Source: a virus
Direction: 5' to 3' (one strand)
Virus record (IMG/VR): IMGVR_UViG_3300032797_000632
Location: 62,142-126,141 of that record
Length of the DNA: 64,000 nt
Part shown: piece after piece, positions 19,171 to 29,161 of the stretch
Layout of the letters: each line of letters opens with the position of its first letter
Position numbering within the stretch: position 1 is the first letter of the stretch
Program-made: the position numbers and the translations under genes
Notes under the pieces: model-generated
What the model was told of the DNA's origin: nothing
The model's database searches: none
What the model saw: only the letters and a program-made list of their open reading frames with translations

Positions 19171-22100
19171 ATGAAACGAACTAGATACTTCGCCGACACC
19201 GCTCCTGGCCAGGAACAATTGAACAACCATGTCGATGTGACGATAGAGGGGATCAAGGAGCGATTCCTCTCCGAGTCCTACATGGGGATCGTTTCGGGCT
19301 TGGTGGTCACCCCCGACACGATCCCGACCAATGTGGCCATCGCCCCGGGAACGGGGTTCGTACCTAACGGCGAGCGGATCAATGTCCCGTCGGCCATCAG
19401 GCCAGTGTCCCTCACCGACTATACCCTAGGGGCGAAAAACTACATCGTCCTCAAGTACACCGAGTCGGAGGACACCCCGCTCCCCGAGCGGTTCCACCCG
19501 ATCCAGCACAACACGATAGTCAGGGAGGGATACTCTGTTGAGGTGCTCACAGCCTCCCAATGGGCGTCCCTGACCACCACCCAGCACGAGGAGAGGCTCC
19601 TTGTGGCCATCGTCACGGCCAAGGGAGTAGGCCAGCCGATAACCACGACGGACATCCAGAATGCAGTGCTTCCGGGCCGGTTTCTCACCGCTAGCCAGCC
19701 TTTAAACATCACGGGGGTTTTGATCGTCGCCATTGACCAGACGACGCCGGTGGGCTTCGGAACCCTATCCTTCACCTACGCCGGCGGAGTTTTGACCATG
19801 ACCTGGGCGTCCCCCGGGGGGGCTGTGGGAGCGGCGGTGAATGTGTCCGTGGTCGGAGAGTACACGCTTACATCGGCGGCCCCGGACTCCAAGACGATCA
19901 AAGTGTCCGTCGATCCGACGGCGACCCCCACGGTCTCGACCTCCGACAGCATACAGACGATTCTGCTATATGACCGGGACATACCGATCCAATCGGCGCA
20001 GGACAATGTCCACCGGATGATGATAGGTACGGGATTCGCCAACCCGCGGAATCCGCACGGGCTGTCCCTAGGGGATCTCGGGGTGACGGAGACCGGACAA
20101 GTCAGGGAGCATCAAGACCGGATGCACTCCAACGGTATTTACAAAAGGAGCGATTCGGGCGTCCTGATGGTCACCGCCCAGCCGGCCTCCGGAAGCCACC
20201 TCAACGACTTCCTGTCGATCCAGATCCCGGCGGGAAACGACTCCTATTATGTCAAGGGATATAAGCACGCCACCGTCTCCCCGTCCGAAGTTGATTTCGA
20301 CGACGCCGGCACGCAGCTCGAGCTATACGAGGTTTACATCGACAAGGAAGGCGACATCGGCAAGAGCCTTCGTGCCTACATAGCGGCCCCGCGGAGCGTG
20401 GGGGACGGGATTGCCATCATCGCAATGGACGACGACATCCTGGCCGGGACATACGGGAACGGTCTCTGGTTCTACCGGGTAGGGTTAGCCGGGCAGATGA
20501 GGTGGAACGGCGGCCCCATCCAGAAATTTACGATAGTCTCCGGCGATCCGCTTGCCGAACACTGGCTGGTGTTGATCGGACAGGACGGCAAGAAGATAAC
20601 GGTGCACATCCATGACATCGAGCTTCCGGCGCCGGGTACATATCAGGACAATGTGGAGGTGCAGGCCGGGATTGACCAGGATGAGCTTTTCCTGATCCAC
20701 CAGGTGGCGTTTGACGGCGAGGAGGGAACGCCCGGGGAGATGCTCCTCCCTGAGTACATCACGGACAGAAGGGTTTTCGGGACCCTCGGCCCCGACGCCG
20801 AGGCGGACAGCCTTGACAGGCTGTACGAGGAGGAGGGGTGGGCCCAGCGCCTTTATACCAGCGGCGTGCTTTATGGGATGGACATCACCAACCCCAGCGG
20901 GGTTGTCGTCGCCTGGACGCCGGGGGAGGCTTACATTGCGGGGAAAAGGTTCAAGGTGACCAACGGGACCGTAAGCCTAGCGACGGACGGCACCAATTAT
21001 ATCTATGTCGATGAGGACGGGCAGGTGGTGGTGTCGCTGACGGATCCATCGCTTTTGATCTCCGAAAAATATCCCACGACGCAGAGGCCCTACGCTCTGC
21101 TCGCCACGGCGGTGAAGAGCGGGGGAAGCCTGTCGTCGCTTGTGATTTCCAGAAAGGCTCCGGACCTCGTGGTGGGCGATATTTATCAGCAGGGGACATC
21201 AAGATATATGCGAGCCACAAATATGTATCCACATGCCGGGGGGTGCGGATTGTGGCGGGATGGGGCGTGTGGAAATTATGTCATGCAACAGGCGACGGCT
21301 CCTGATTGGTCAACCTGTTATGACAAGTTCGGATCGATAAGGGACGGAGGGTTCTGGGGATGCCATCCGGGTGCGGGTTATGGTGTGACCGGATATGGGA
21401 CCGCCACGGGTGGCGGAGGGGTTCGGGGTATTGGTCAGTGCATGGGAATTTGTGGTTGCCAATGCGGTGCAGATGCCGGGGTCGGGGTTTATGGTTACGC
21501 CCGGAATACCGCCGGGAATTGTAGTGGATATGGAGTCATCGGTTATGCTCCTTATTGCGGTGGCCTTGGGGTGTATGGGTGTGGGGGAAATCGTGGTGGA
21601 GAATTCATAGCCACGAGGACGGATGCCCTTTTGTATGGCCTCGTCGGGTGCGCCTGTTCTTCTTGCGTTGGCTCGGCTGGCATTTCTGGCCAGTCAGGAT
21701 ATGCTGGCGTTTGCGGATATGCCCCGACAATCGGAGTTCAGGGATGCGCTTCGGGGGCAAGTGGTATAGGTATTATTGGATGTGCTCCTGGCAATGGTGG
21801 AATTGGTGGATGGTTCGCTGGCGATGTCCTTGGCGTTTGCGGGCGGGGATCAGGGACGGGTTCGACGGGAGTATTTGGTTGCGGAGCGTCTTATGGAGGA
21901 CGTTTTTGTTCTTATCAGGTCACCGGGGGATATGGGGTTTGGGCTTGTGCGCTCGGAACCGGTAGCGTAGGCGGTAATTTTGAGGGCGCAACTTACGGGG
22001 TGTATGCGTATGCAAAAGCAACGGGGGGCACAGGACTTTACGGATATGCTGATAATGGATATGGAGTTCAGGGAATTGTTCCCGTTGGCACTGGGGTTTA

Positions 22101-23232
22101 CGGATATTCGGCATATGGCTATGGTGGCCAGTTTTGCTCTGCCAACACTTGGGGTTTGGTGGGCCATGGAGTATATGGAGTTTGGGGGTGTTCGTCAGGG
22201 GCGGGATATGGTGTCCTAGGATGTGCCTTGGGTGGGGTAGGCGTTTATGGATGTGCCACTTCTGGCTGTGGAGTGGTGGGATATGCAACCGTTGGCCATG
22301 GCGTGATTGGCACTGCCCCATCCGGTTATGGAGTTGTGGGGACTAGTTATATTTCGTTTGGCGTGTATGGAATAACCTGTGGTGCCAGCGTCGGGGTTCG
22401 GGGAGACGCCATTGCCGTGCCTAATGGTTGCGGGGTTTTCGGATATGGCACCGGCATTGGCGTTAAGGGATACAGTTCGGCGAACTACTCCTATGGCGGG
22501 GTGTTTGAGGGGGCCATCGCCCAGACCGGCACTGTGGGAGTATGTGGCCTGGGCAATGCCTACGGAGTCGTTGGCGACGCCAAGGGCACTGGTAGCACCG
22601 GGGTGTATGGGGTAGCCAGCGGAACTGGTTGCGGAGTTTGCGGGTATAGCGCAAGCGGATATGGGGTGGTTGGGGCGGTGGCGACGGGTATTGGGGTTCG
22701 TGGGTATTCCCCGGACGCTCAAGGGGTGTATGGAATTTCAATCGCTAATGTCGGTGTTTATGGGTGCGGGCCTTACGGGGTTTGCGGGGCGGCCTGCGGT
22801 GGCGGATGGGGAGTCTTTGGCCAGGCTTCAACCGGATGCGGAGGATATTTTGCGGCCACTTCTGGCTGTGGCGTAGTCGGATATGCGACAACCGGAGTCG
22901 GTGTTTATGGAAGCTCTATAACTGGTGTTGGAATTTGTGGAGAAGGTTGCGGGTGTGGGATTATTGGGCGGGCAACCAAAGATAACGCCGCCACCTACGG
23001 TGTTACTGGTTATGGGATGAACTCTCCGGGAGGTAAAGGAGTGTATGGTGTGGGATGTTATTCTGGGGTGGAAGGGGTGTCGGATACTGGTTATGCAGGA
23101 TATTTCTGGGGATGTGTCTACGCCACCTCAATTTACTATTCTCAGGGTAGTGCCGGCGGAAACTGCAACTATACGGTGCCATTAGGAAAGCAACTGAGAT
23201 TCTGTGGCGGGCTATTCATATCTGCGGTATGA
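19171..23232 (+). CDS. Tail fibre / receptor-binding protein with Gly-Cys-rich GVxG repeat C-terminal half
   Basis: 1353 aa; N-terminal baseplate-anchor-like region; dozens of GVYG/GVCG/GVVG repeats after about residue 720. Confidence 0.8.
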   Translation: MKRTRYFADTAPGQEQLNNHVDVTIEGIKERFLSESYMGIVSGLVVTPDTIPTNVAIAPGTGFVPNGERINVPSAIRPVSLTDYTLGAKNYIVLKYTESEDTPLPERFHPIQHNTIVREGYSVEVLTASQWASLTTTQHEERLLVAIVTAKGVGQPITTTDIQNAVLPGRFLTASQPLNITGVLIVAIDQTTPVGFGTLSFTYAGGVLTMTWASPGGAVGAAVNVSVVGEYTLTSAAPDSKTIKVSVDPTATPTVSTSDSIQTILLYDRDIPIQSAQDNVHRMMIGTGFANPRNPHGLSLGDLGVTETGQVREHQDRMHSNGIYKRSDSGVLMVTAQPASGSHLNDFLSIQIPAGNDSYYVKGYKHATVSPSEVDFDDAGTQLELYEVYIDKEGDIGKSLRAYIAAPRSVGDGIAIIAMDDDILAGTYGNGLWFYRVGLAGQMRWNGGPIQKFTIVSGDPLAEHWLVLIGQDGKKITVHIHDIELPAPGTYQDNVEVQAGIDQDELFLIHQVAFDGEEGTPGEMLLPEYITDRRVFGTLGPDAEADSLDRLYEEEGWAQRLYTSGVLYGMDITNPSGVVVAWTPGEAYIAGKRFKVTNGTVSLATDGTNYIYVDEDGQVVVSLTDPSLLISEKYPTTQRPYALLATAVKSGGSLSSLVISRKAPDLVVGDIYQQGTSRYMRATNMYPHAGGCGLWRDGACGNYVMQQATAPDWSTCYDKFGSIRDGGFWGCHPGAGYGVTGYGTATGGGGVRGIGQCMGICGCQCGADAGVGVYGYARNTAGNCSGYGVIGYAPYCGGLGVYGCGGNRGGEFIATRTDALLYGLVGCACSSCVGSAGISGQSGYAGVCGYAPTIGVQGCASGASGIGIIGCAPGNGGIGGWFAGDVLGVCGRGSGTGSTGVFGCGASYGGRFCSYQVTGGYGVWACALGTGSVGGNFEGATYGVYAYAKATGGTGLYGYADNGYGVQGIVPVGTGVYGYSAYGYGGQFCSANTWGLVGHGVYGVWGCSSGAGYGVLGCALGGVGVYGCATSGCGVVGYATVGHGVIGTAPSGYGVVGTSYISFGVYGITCGASVGVRGDAIAVPNGCGVFGYGTGIGVKGYSSANYSYGGVFEGAIAQTGTVGVCGLGNAYGVVGDAKGTGSTGVYGVASGTGCGVCGYSASGYGVVGAVATGIGVRGYSPDAQGVYGISIANVGVYGCGPYGVCGAACGGGWGVFGQASTGCGGYFAATSGCGVVGYATTGVGVYGSSITGVGICGEGCGCGIIGRATKDNAATYGVTGYGMNSPGGKGVYGVGCYSGVEGVSDTGYAGYFWGCVYATSIYYSQGSAGGNCNYTVPLGKQLRFCGGLFISAV

Positions 23233-23285
23233 TCGATTCCGAGACGAGAAAAGGGAACGGATGGAAAAACCGAAAGGAGAACGAG

Positions 23286-24386
23286 ATGAGCAAGAAGGAG
23301 AGAGGAGAAAGGAAGAAAAAGCTCGTGGTGATTCAGGAAGGGGGCATCGGGCTTGCGATTGCGGCCACGGCCGCCATCAGGAAACTGAGGGAGTCCAATC
23401 CGAATGCGGAGATCACGGTGGTGTCCCCCTACACCGAGGTCTACTACAACAACCCCCGAATCGACTTCATCTACGCCCCCAACCTCCCGGGATACCTCTA
23501 TGAGAGGCACTGCAAGGACGCCGATGAGGTATTCCTTTTGAAGCCGGACAAGATATACACCCACACGCTTTACCGGCGGGAGAACATGCATGTCACGAAG
23601 GTGATGCTCGCTCTTCTTGGCCTGCCCCCGAGCAACAAGGACATGAAGCCGGAGGTTTTCTTCTACGAGCACGAGCAGGCGGAGGCGCAGAGTTTTCTGT
23701 CCCAGTTCAACAAGCCGGTGATTTTGATCCAGCAGACGGGGGCTACCGCCCCGATGGGCCCGATGGAGCCGTTCTCGTTGATACAGGATAAATCCTGGGA
23801 CATCATGTCGGCAAACCAGATGGTGGCCCAGCTGAAGGGCGGATTTCAGTTCATCCAGATCAGGCTTCCCAAGGAGCCTATAATCATGGACGTCGCACAG
23901 ATCACCGTCCCGACCAGAAGGATAATCGCACTCATGCCCTACATCACCACCTTCGTGGCGGTCGACAGCTTCCTGCAGCATGCGTCGGCGATATTCCAGA
24001 AGCCCGGGGTGGTGCTGTGGGGGCCCACCAATCCGGCCAACCTGGGATATCCGTTCAACATCAATATAAGGCATCCCGAGGCATGCCCCACGAAGGAGAT
24101 CCATTGCCGGAGGCCAGAGGTCCATTTGTTTGATTTCATGCCCGGGTCCGGCCAGACGATGAACCAGCCGATCGACCCCTGGCGGTGTCCGTCGAGGGCC
24201 TGCATGAAGACCATAACCCCGCAAGAAGTCATAGGCAAAATCTCCCAAGTATTGGGACAAAAACAAAAGAAGGAGGAACGAAATGGCAAAAATAACGCTC
24301 ACCAGCCCTGTCAGCCAGCCGACCCTAGACAAGGTGGATCTGGTGGAAATCCAGATACGGCGACATCAGGGGAACATGTCGGCTGA
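23286..24386 (+). CDS. Glycosyltransferase family 9-like (heptosyltransferase fold)
   Basis: GGIGxAI...IRKLRESNPNAEITVV; FVAVDSFLQHASA...PGVVLWGPTNP. Confidence 0.85.
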   Translation: MSKKERGERKKKLVVIQEGGIGLAIAATAAIRKLRESNPNAEITVVSPYTEVYYNNPRIDFIYAPNLPGYLYERHCKDADEVFLLKPDKIYTHTLYRRENMHVTKVMLALLGLPPSNKDMKPEVFFYEHEQAEAQSFLSQFNKPVILIQQTGATAPMGPMEPFSLIQDKSWDIMSANQMVAQLKGGFQFIQIRLPKEPIIMDVAQITVPTRRIIALMPYITTFVAVDSFLQHASAIFQKPGVVLWGPTNPANLGYPFNINIRHPEACPTKEIHCRRPEVHLFDFMPGSGQTMNQPIDPWRCPSRACMKTITPQEVIGKISQVLGQKQKKEERNGKNNAHQPCQPADPRQGGSGGNPDTATSGEHVG

Positions 24387-24585
24387 GGTGGTTTACGCCG
24401 AAGGCTATGTGGCCAACGGAAAGTTCGAGCCGAAAAACATCAAGAGGGAGATGATACGGTCCGAGGATCTCGCTCCGATTCTGCAGGCGATGGCCAATGG
24501 CCAGAAATCCATCGAGGACAACCTCGTGAATGCGATCCTGCAATGGCTGGTGGACCAGGGCAAGGTCGCCGGCACGGTGGCCTAA
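24283..24585 (+). CDS. Hypothetical protein
   Basis: AAGGAGG RBS, typical codon usage. Confidence 0.6.
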   Translation: MAKITLTSPVSQPTLDKVDLVEIQIRRHQGNMSAEVVYAEGYVANGKFEPKNIKREMIRSEDLAPILQAMANGQKSIEDNLVNAILQWLVDQGKVAGTVA

Positions 24586-24600
24586 CGGCAAGGAGGCCAA

Positions 24601-24906
24601 ATGTCCGAAGACATCAATGCGATAAAAAGCCGTGCGTTCTCCGTCCTGTCCACGGGGGCATCCCCGGTGTGGGGAGCCCCCCTCGAAACCGAGTTCGCCA
24701 TCACCAACATGATCATCTGGAACAAGGGTGGCGAGGACATCGAGTGGAGCTACGACGGGCAGGTGGTGGACGGGAAGCTGGCTAGCTCCGCCCCCCCCCT
24801 GACATTCGTTCAGATGCCGGATGGCGTGCGCAAAATACGGACCAGAAGCGTGACGGGCGGAAAGTCGGTCTGGGTCTGGGCGTGGCAGCGGGGTGCCATC
24901 GGTTAA
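24601..24906 (+). CDS. Hypothetical beta-rich protein
   Basis: AGGAGG RBS. Confidence 0.6.
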   Translation: MSEDINAIKSRAFSVLSTGASPVWGAPLETEFAITNMIIWNKGGEDIEWSYDGQVVDGKLASSAPPLTFVQMPDGVRKIRTRSVTGGKSVWVWAWQRGAIG

Positions 24907-24922
24907 ATAAGCGAGGTGCTTT

Positions 24923-25483
24923 ATGGCGGATCTTTATTCCTATTCCTACACCAAGTTGATCGTGGACATAGACGCCCTGTCCATCCAGATCAAACAGGAT
25001 CCCGTTATCACCAGTGCCCTGCATCATGTCGATTGGGGCAAGACCAAATCGCTGGTCGTTTATTTCAATACCGAGCTGTCGGCCAATGCGAAGACAAGGC
25101 TGGATGAGATAGTGGGAGACTATGCAGGGGATGCCGGGGGGTGCATGAATGTTTACTGCTCCGACTGCGACGCCTGGTCCGACGGGCAATTGTGGGTGAA
25201 GGACTCGCCCCAAAAGTGCCCCATCTGCAAGGGTAAGAAAATAACCTGCCAGAGCGCCCAGTATCTTTTGTCGCAAAGCGGGTCGGCGACCCTGAACGGC
25301 GTCAAATCGATAGCGGTGGATTACAAGGTGCCTTTTCTGAGGAGCCCGCGGGTGCGAGTCTTCATGCCGGTGCCGGGTGCGGTCACCCCGGTCATTAAAA
25401 ACCAGAGCCTTAAGGGCTTCGTCATCGATTTCCAGACCGAGGTCAAAGACACCACGGTTGAATGGGAGGCCGTCGTCGGCTAG
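24923..25483 (+). CDS. Hypothetical protein with zinc ribbon and beta-sandwich C-terminus
   Basis: CSDC...CPIC motif; GAGGTG RBS. Confidence 0.55.
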   Translation: MADLYSYSYTKLIVDIDALSIQIKQDPVITSALHHVDWGKTKSLVVYFNTELSANAKTRLDEIVGDYAGDAGGCMNVYCSDCDAWSDGQLWVKDSPQKCPICKGKKITCQSAQYLLSQSGSATLNGVKSIAVDYKVPFLRSPRVRVFMPVPGAVTPVIKNQSLKGFVIDFQTEVKDTTVEWEAVVG

Positions 25484-25491
25484 GAGGTGAA

Positions 25492-26205
25492 ATGGCAAGC
25501 CAGCAAGTTGTGTTGACGGGTAATCAGAACACGGTCAGGGCCAGCATCAAAAACTGCACATATGTCAAGGTCCTCGACTCAGACCAGAACGAGAAGGCGA
25601 GTGCGTCGCTCCCCTCCTCCGGGGACACCTATGTGATAGAGGCCCCCAACTTGGCCACGGGGACATACATGGTCGAGTGCAACGGCGAGATCATCGAAGC
25701 CGTAGGGGATTCGGTTTCTGTCATCAAGGTGGGGGACATCCAGACCGCCGAGGGGGTCAAGGCCACCAGCGCCACCAAGTACCACACCAAGAGGGAGCTT
25801 TACACGATCGGGAAGAAATACACCGCTACGCTCGGGGTGCTGAACATCTTCGACGAGGAGATCGTGGCGGACATGGTGGGGGCCGACGGGACGGTGATGC
25901 TCGGGGGCGGGAAGTACTGGGTCAACGACAGGGTGACGGATGGCGATTACATCGAGTTCTCCATCATGGACAAGAGCGATGTCCTGGGCCTGTTCCAGTC
26001 CCTCGGGCTGACGCTCGGGGTCGATGTGCTAGAGCTTGGGAAGTTCGTTCAAAAGGAGTACCTGAGCAACGGCCAGTCGGAGATGATGCCCTTCGACCAG
26101 GCGAAACGGCTGGTTCAGGGGCTGTTTCTGCGATCAATCTACAACAGCATCGGGACCACCGGGGACGCCCCGGTCGTGAGGGTCCGATTCGAGATGGCAA
26201 AGTAA
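25492..26205 (+). CDS. Hypothetical virion-associated protein
   Basis: AGGAGGTG RBS plus ATG at 25492. Confidence 0.55.
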   Translation: MASQQVVLTGNQNTVRASIKNCTYVKVLDSDQNEKASASLPSSGDTYVIEAPNLATGTYMVECNGEIIEAVGDSVSVIKVGDIQTAEGVKATSATKYHTKRELYTIGKKYTATLGVLNIFDEEIVADMVGADGTVMLGGGKYWVNDRVTDGDYIEFSIMDKSDVLGLFQSLGLTLGVDVLELGKFVQKEYLSNGQSEMMPFDQAKRLVQGLFLRSIYNSIGTTGDAPVVRVRFEMAK

Positions 26206-26338
26206 GGGGGAGGAGAAATGGCCGATGAGAAAATAACCAGCACGAACCAGCTCAGGATCAACGGGGACAAGCCGAAAAAGCTGGCCAAGGTTTACAAGAT
26301 GGACCGGGAGCAAAAGAAAAGCGTCAACGGGGTGGTAA

Positions 26339-26941
26339 GTGAGTATCTCTCCAAGAGAAAGAGTTAGGGAGCTGGTCCTCGCCGGCAAGCTCCGCCCCGG
26401 GGATGTCTGCTTCTCGGGGTACCGGCGGTCCTTTATCAGCCGGGCGATAATGTGGTTCACGCAGTCGTGGATCAGCCATTCCTTCTTGATCAAGGACATC
26501 AGCATCCACGAGGATGGGTCGGCGGACTGCTATGTGATCGAGGCCGGCGAGTTCGAGGTATGGATGACCACCTTCGACAAGTACCTCGGCCCCGATTATA
26601 AATTCGAGACCTACCGGCCCCGGGTAGATGTTTTCTCGGTGTTTCGGGCGTTGGAGAACAGCGAGCAGTATTTGGGGAAAATGTACGGATACCTCCAGCT
26701 GGTCGGGTTCATTCCCGTGCTGGCATGGAAATGGTTGACCGGAAAGAGAATACACAACCCGTTCGGGCAGGGCCAGATATGCTCGGAGCTGGTCCTGAGG
26801 TACATAAAAAAACTCCCGGTGAAGGGCTACGATTTCCTGTATGTCGACACGACAAGTCCGATGGACATCTGGAATCTGATGGCCAAGGACCACGAGCAGT
26901 TCATGTTTGAGTTAAAAAAGGACTACGACGAGGCCATTTAA
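26339..26941 (+). CDS. Permuted papain-like NlpC/P60 amidase (YiiX/YebB-like)
   Basis: LRPGDV, ISRAIxWFT...SH, VIEA, LGKMYG, ICSELV (His before Cys). Confidence 0.8.
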   Translation: MSISPRERVRELVLAGKLRPGDVCFSGYRRSFISRAIMWFTQSWISHSFLIKDISIHEDGSADCYVIEAGEFEVWMTTFDKYLGPDYKFETYRPRVDVFSVFRALENSEQYLGKMYGYLQLVGFIPVLAWKWLTGKRIHNPFGQGQICSELVLRYIKKLPVKGYDFLYVDTTSPMDIWNLMAKDHEQFMFELKKDYDEAI

Positions 26942-27056
26942 TGATAAAATGCGGAAAGCGGGGGAGGGCCTATGGGAACCAAAGTTCGTAGGGGATCCTG
27001 TCTGGACATGCTGATTCAAAGCCATCGGGAGCTGACGAAGGGAAGGGTGGTGTCCA

Positions 27057-27296
27057 ATGGCAAAAGAAAAAAATGTCGTGTGCGGGGTTTGCGGAAGAAA
27101 ATGGAGGCAGGGCGATGTGAAGCTGACCCCGTACAACCTCCCGATTCCGTTAGGGAGTTGCTACAAAGTAAGGCGGGATGAGGTCTGCGAAGAGTGCCGG
27201 GAGGATATAGAGAAAATAACCAAGCAGAAGATAATAGAGATCGGGGAGCACATCGACGAGAGGATAAAGAGGTTCAGGAAGGCCAAATTCGAATAA
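27057..27296 (+). CDS. Small zinc-binding protein
   Basis: CGVCG...CEEC. Confidence 0.55.
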   Translation: MAKEKNVVCGVCGRKWRQGDVKLTPYNLPIPLGSCYKVRRDEVCEECREDIEKITKQKIIEIGEHIDERIKRFRKAKFE

Positions 27297-27309
27297 GGGG
27301 GAGGGGAAG

Positions 27310-27807
27310 ATGGCGAATGGCCTGCCAGGCATAGGACCGGTCAGCGAACCGGAGGAAAAGCCCGAAGCGGGGCCCGGAGAGGGCAAAAGGCACCGGCTCC
27401 TCAACTTTGAGGACATTGATTGGAAGGCCTTCGCCAAGGGCCTGATCTTTATCGTCGCACTCCTTGGGGGCCTAGTCGGCGGGGGATACCAGTTGATTTC
27501 GGAGCGGAGTCCGGTTACCAACGAGTCGGCGTTGGCCGCCCAGATCGAGAAGGTCCAGGGCGAGGTCAACACAGCCCGGGCGGTCACGGACCAGATAGAC
27601 CGGCGCGTCACCGCCCTCGAGTCGGCGGTGAGCAACATCAGGGACGATGTCTCCAAGACCAAGGAGTCTGCGGCTGGCACCAAGGCCGATGCGGAAAACC
27701 TGAAAAGCCAGATGACCGAGGTCAAGGAGGCCGTGAAGAAGATAGACGAGAAACAGCAGACCATACAGGAAGGCATCGAGAAAATATTGAGGAAACTGCC
27801 GAAATGA
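27310..27807 (+). CDS. Membrane-anchored coiled-coil protein (possible lysis accessory)
   Basis: One TM helix (GLIFIVALLGGLVGG) followed by a long heptad region. Confidence 0.55.
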   Translation: MANGLPGIGPVSEPEEKPEAGPGEGKRHRLLNFEDIDWKAFAKGLIFIVALLGGLVGGGYQLISERSPVTNESALAAQIEKVQGEVNTARAVTDQIDRRVTALESAVSNIRDDVSKTKESAAGTKADAENLKSQMTEVKEAVKKIDEKQQTIQEGIEKILRKLPK

Positions 27808-28229
27808 AGATCCGAATCTGCGGAGAGGATGGCATCAGGACCGACCTGATCGGCGAGATAAGGCCAGACGGGTGCAAGGTCTACTTTGTCGACCATGATG
27901 CTGTCCGCCTCCAGATCGTGGAGTTTTCGCTTGGCGGACACCACTATGTCTACCCGGAGATCCCCGAGGACGAGATATGGGTCGAGGACACGGGGGACCG
28001 GCAGGACAACTCGGACAATGTGACCCACGAGATCGTGGAGCGCATAATGATGAAATATGTGGACCGGGAGATGTCTTACGATGAGGCCCATGATGTCGCC
28101 AGTAGCATAGAGGAGTTGCTCCGCAAGATTGAGCATTTCGGGGAGCCCTTGGCGGAGAAAGTGTCTTCGATCAGGGAGATGCTGATGGGAGGGGGACCAT
28201 GCCAGAAGGAATCCAAAAGCCGGTCCTGA
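27804..28229 (+). CDS. Hypothetical protein with HExxE motif
   Basis: THEIVER...YDEAH; ATG overlaps the upstream stop. Confidence 0.5.
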   Translation: MKIRICGEDGIRTDLIGEIRPDGCKVYFVDHDAVRLQIVEFSLGGHHYVYPEIPEDEIWVEDTGDRQDNSDNVTHEIVERIMMKYVDREMSYDEAHDVASSIEELLRKIEHFGEPLAEKVSSIREMLMGGGPCQKESKSRS

Positions 28230-28618
28230 AAAAAAAGCCGTGGTGGCTCAGGTTGCTGACCCCGGATGATTTCGCAGTCACGATATACCCGAACATCTAC
28301 CTGCCGGCGGGGAAGGCCGGACTCGACGAGGTGGCATACGGGCACGAGTTTGTCCATTGGGCACAGCAGGAGAAGGCCGGGTCGATTGTGTGGTGGATCG
28401 TCAAATACCTGATTATGAGGCCGTTCCGCAGGGAGATGGAGTTGGTCGCATTCAGGACCACCATCCGGATCCTGGTGGGCAGAAACCAATGGACCCAGAT
28501 ATACCGCACTTGGCTGATCAGGAAGCTTTCGGGCCTGACCTATTTTTACATGATGTCCTCCAAGGAGGCATCCAAGTGGGTAGATGAGGCGGTCAAGGAG
28601 GCAAGGAGGGGGAGATAG
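28199..28618 (+). CDS. Putative zinc metallopeptidase
   Basis: AVTIYPNIY...HEFVHxxQ...EMELVA (HExxH plus E). Confidence 0.65.
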   Translation: MPEGIQKPVLKKKPWWLRLLTPDDFAVTIYPNIYLPAGKAGLDEVAYGHEFVHWAQQEKAGSIVWWIVKYLIMRPFRREMELVAFRTTIRILVGRNQWTQIYRTWLIRKLSGLTYFYMMSSKEASKWVDEAVKEARRGR

Positions 28619-28628
28619 GATTGGGAAT

Positions 28629-29161
28629 ATGGCTCCTAAACCTTTAGGCATTGATTTGAATGAAATCATCAAATATTACAATGATGGTTTATCATCCATA
28701 GAAATAGGGAGGATGTTTAACTGTAGCGATGCCTACATAAGAAACAAATTGAAAAATGCGGGGACGGCATTGCGAGGCACGATGGAAAAAAGCATAGCAT
28801 GGAAACACGGAAAATATTGAGTGCGCATTATCAGGGAATTCCCGTCGAGGCATGGGATGGATTCAAAGATCCGAGAACAGGAAGGGATTATACAAGTAAA
28901 GACTATGCGGAATGGCGGGATAGGATTTACAGAATGGATAAGTACATTTGCCAAATGTGCTTTAAAAGGGGCGGAAAATTGGCTGCCCACCACATCAGAT
29001 CTTGGTCGAAATATCCAGAATTAAGGTACAACGAAGACAATGGAATTACCCTTTGCGATAAATGCCATAGGGCAATAAGGAGGCGGGAAGAAATATTTGA
29101 AACCTATTTTATGGAAAGACGGAAAGGAGGGGGCGATGGTGATCTTGTCGGACGGTCATGA
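28629..29161 (+). pseudogene. Frameshifted HNH homing endonuclease (HTH + NUMOD3-like + HNH)
   Basis: HTH ORF to 28820; the -1 frame carries GKKHSMETRKILS then CQMC...AHHI...NGITLCDKCH; AT-rich. Confidence 0.65.

Noticed and set aside
21200-23232. Diversity-generating retroelement target in the fibre
   Set aside because: No reverse transcriptase and no adenine-specific template/variable repeat pair seen in the window
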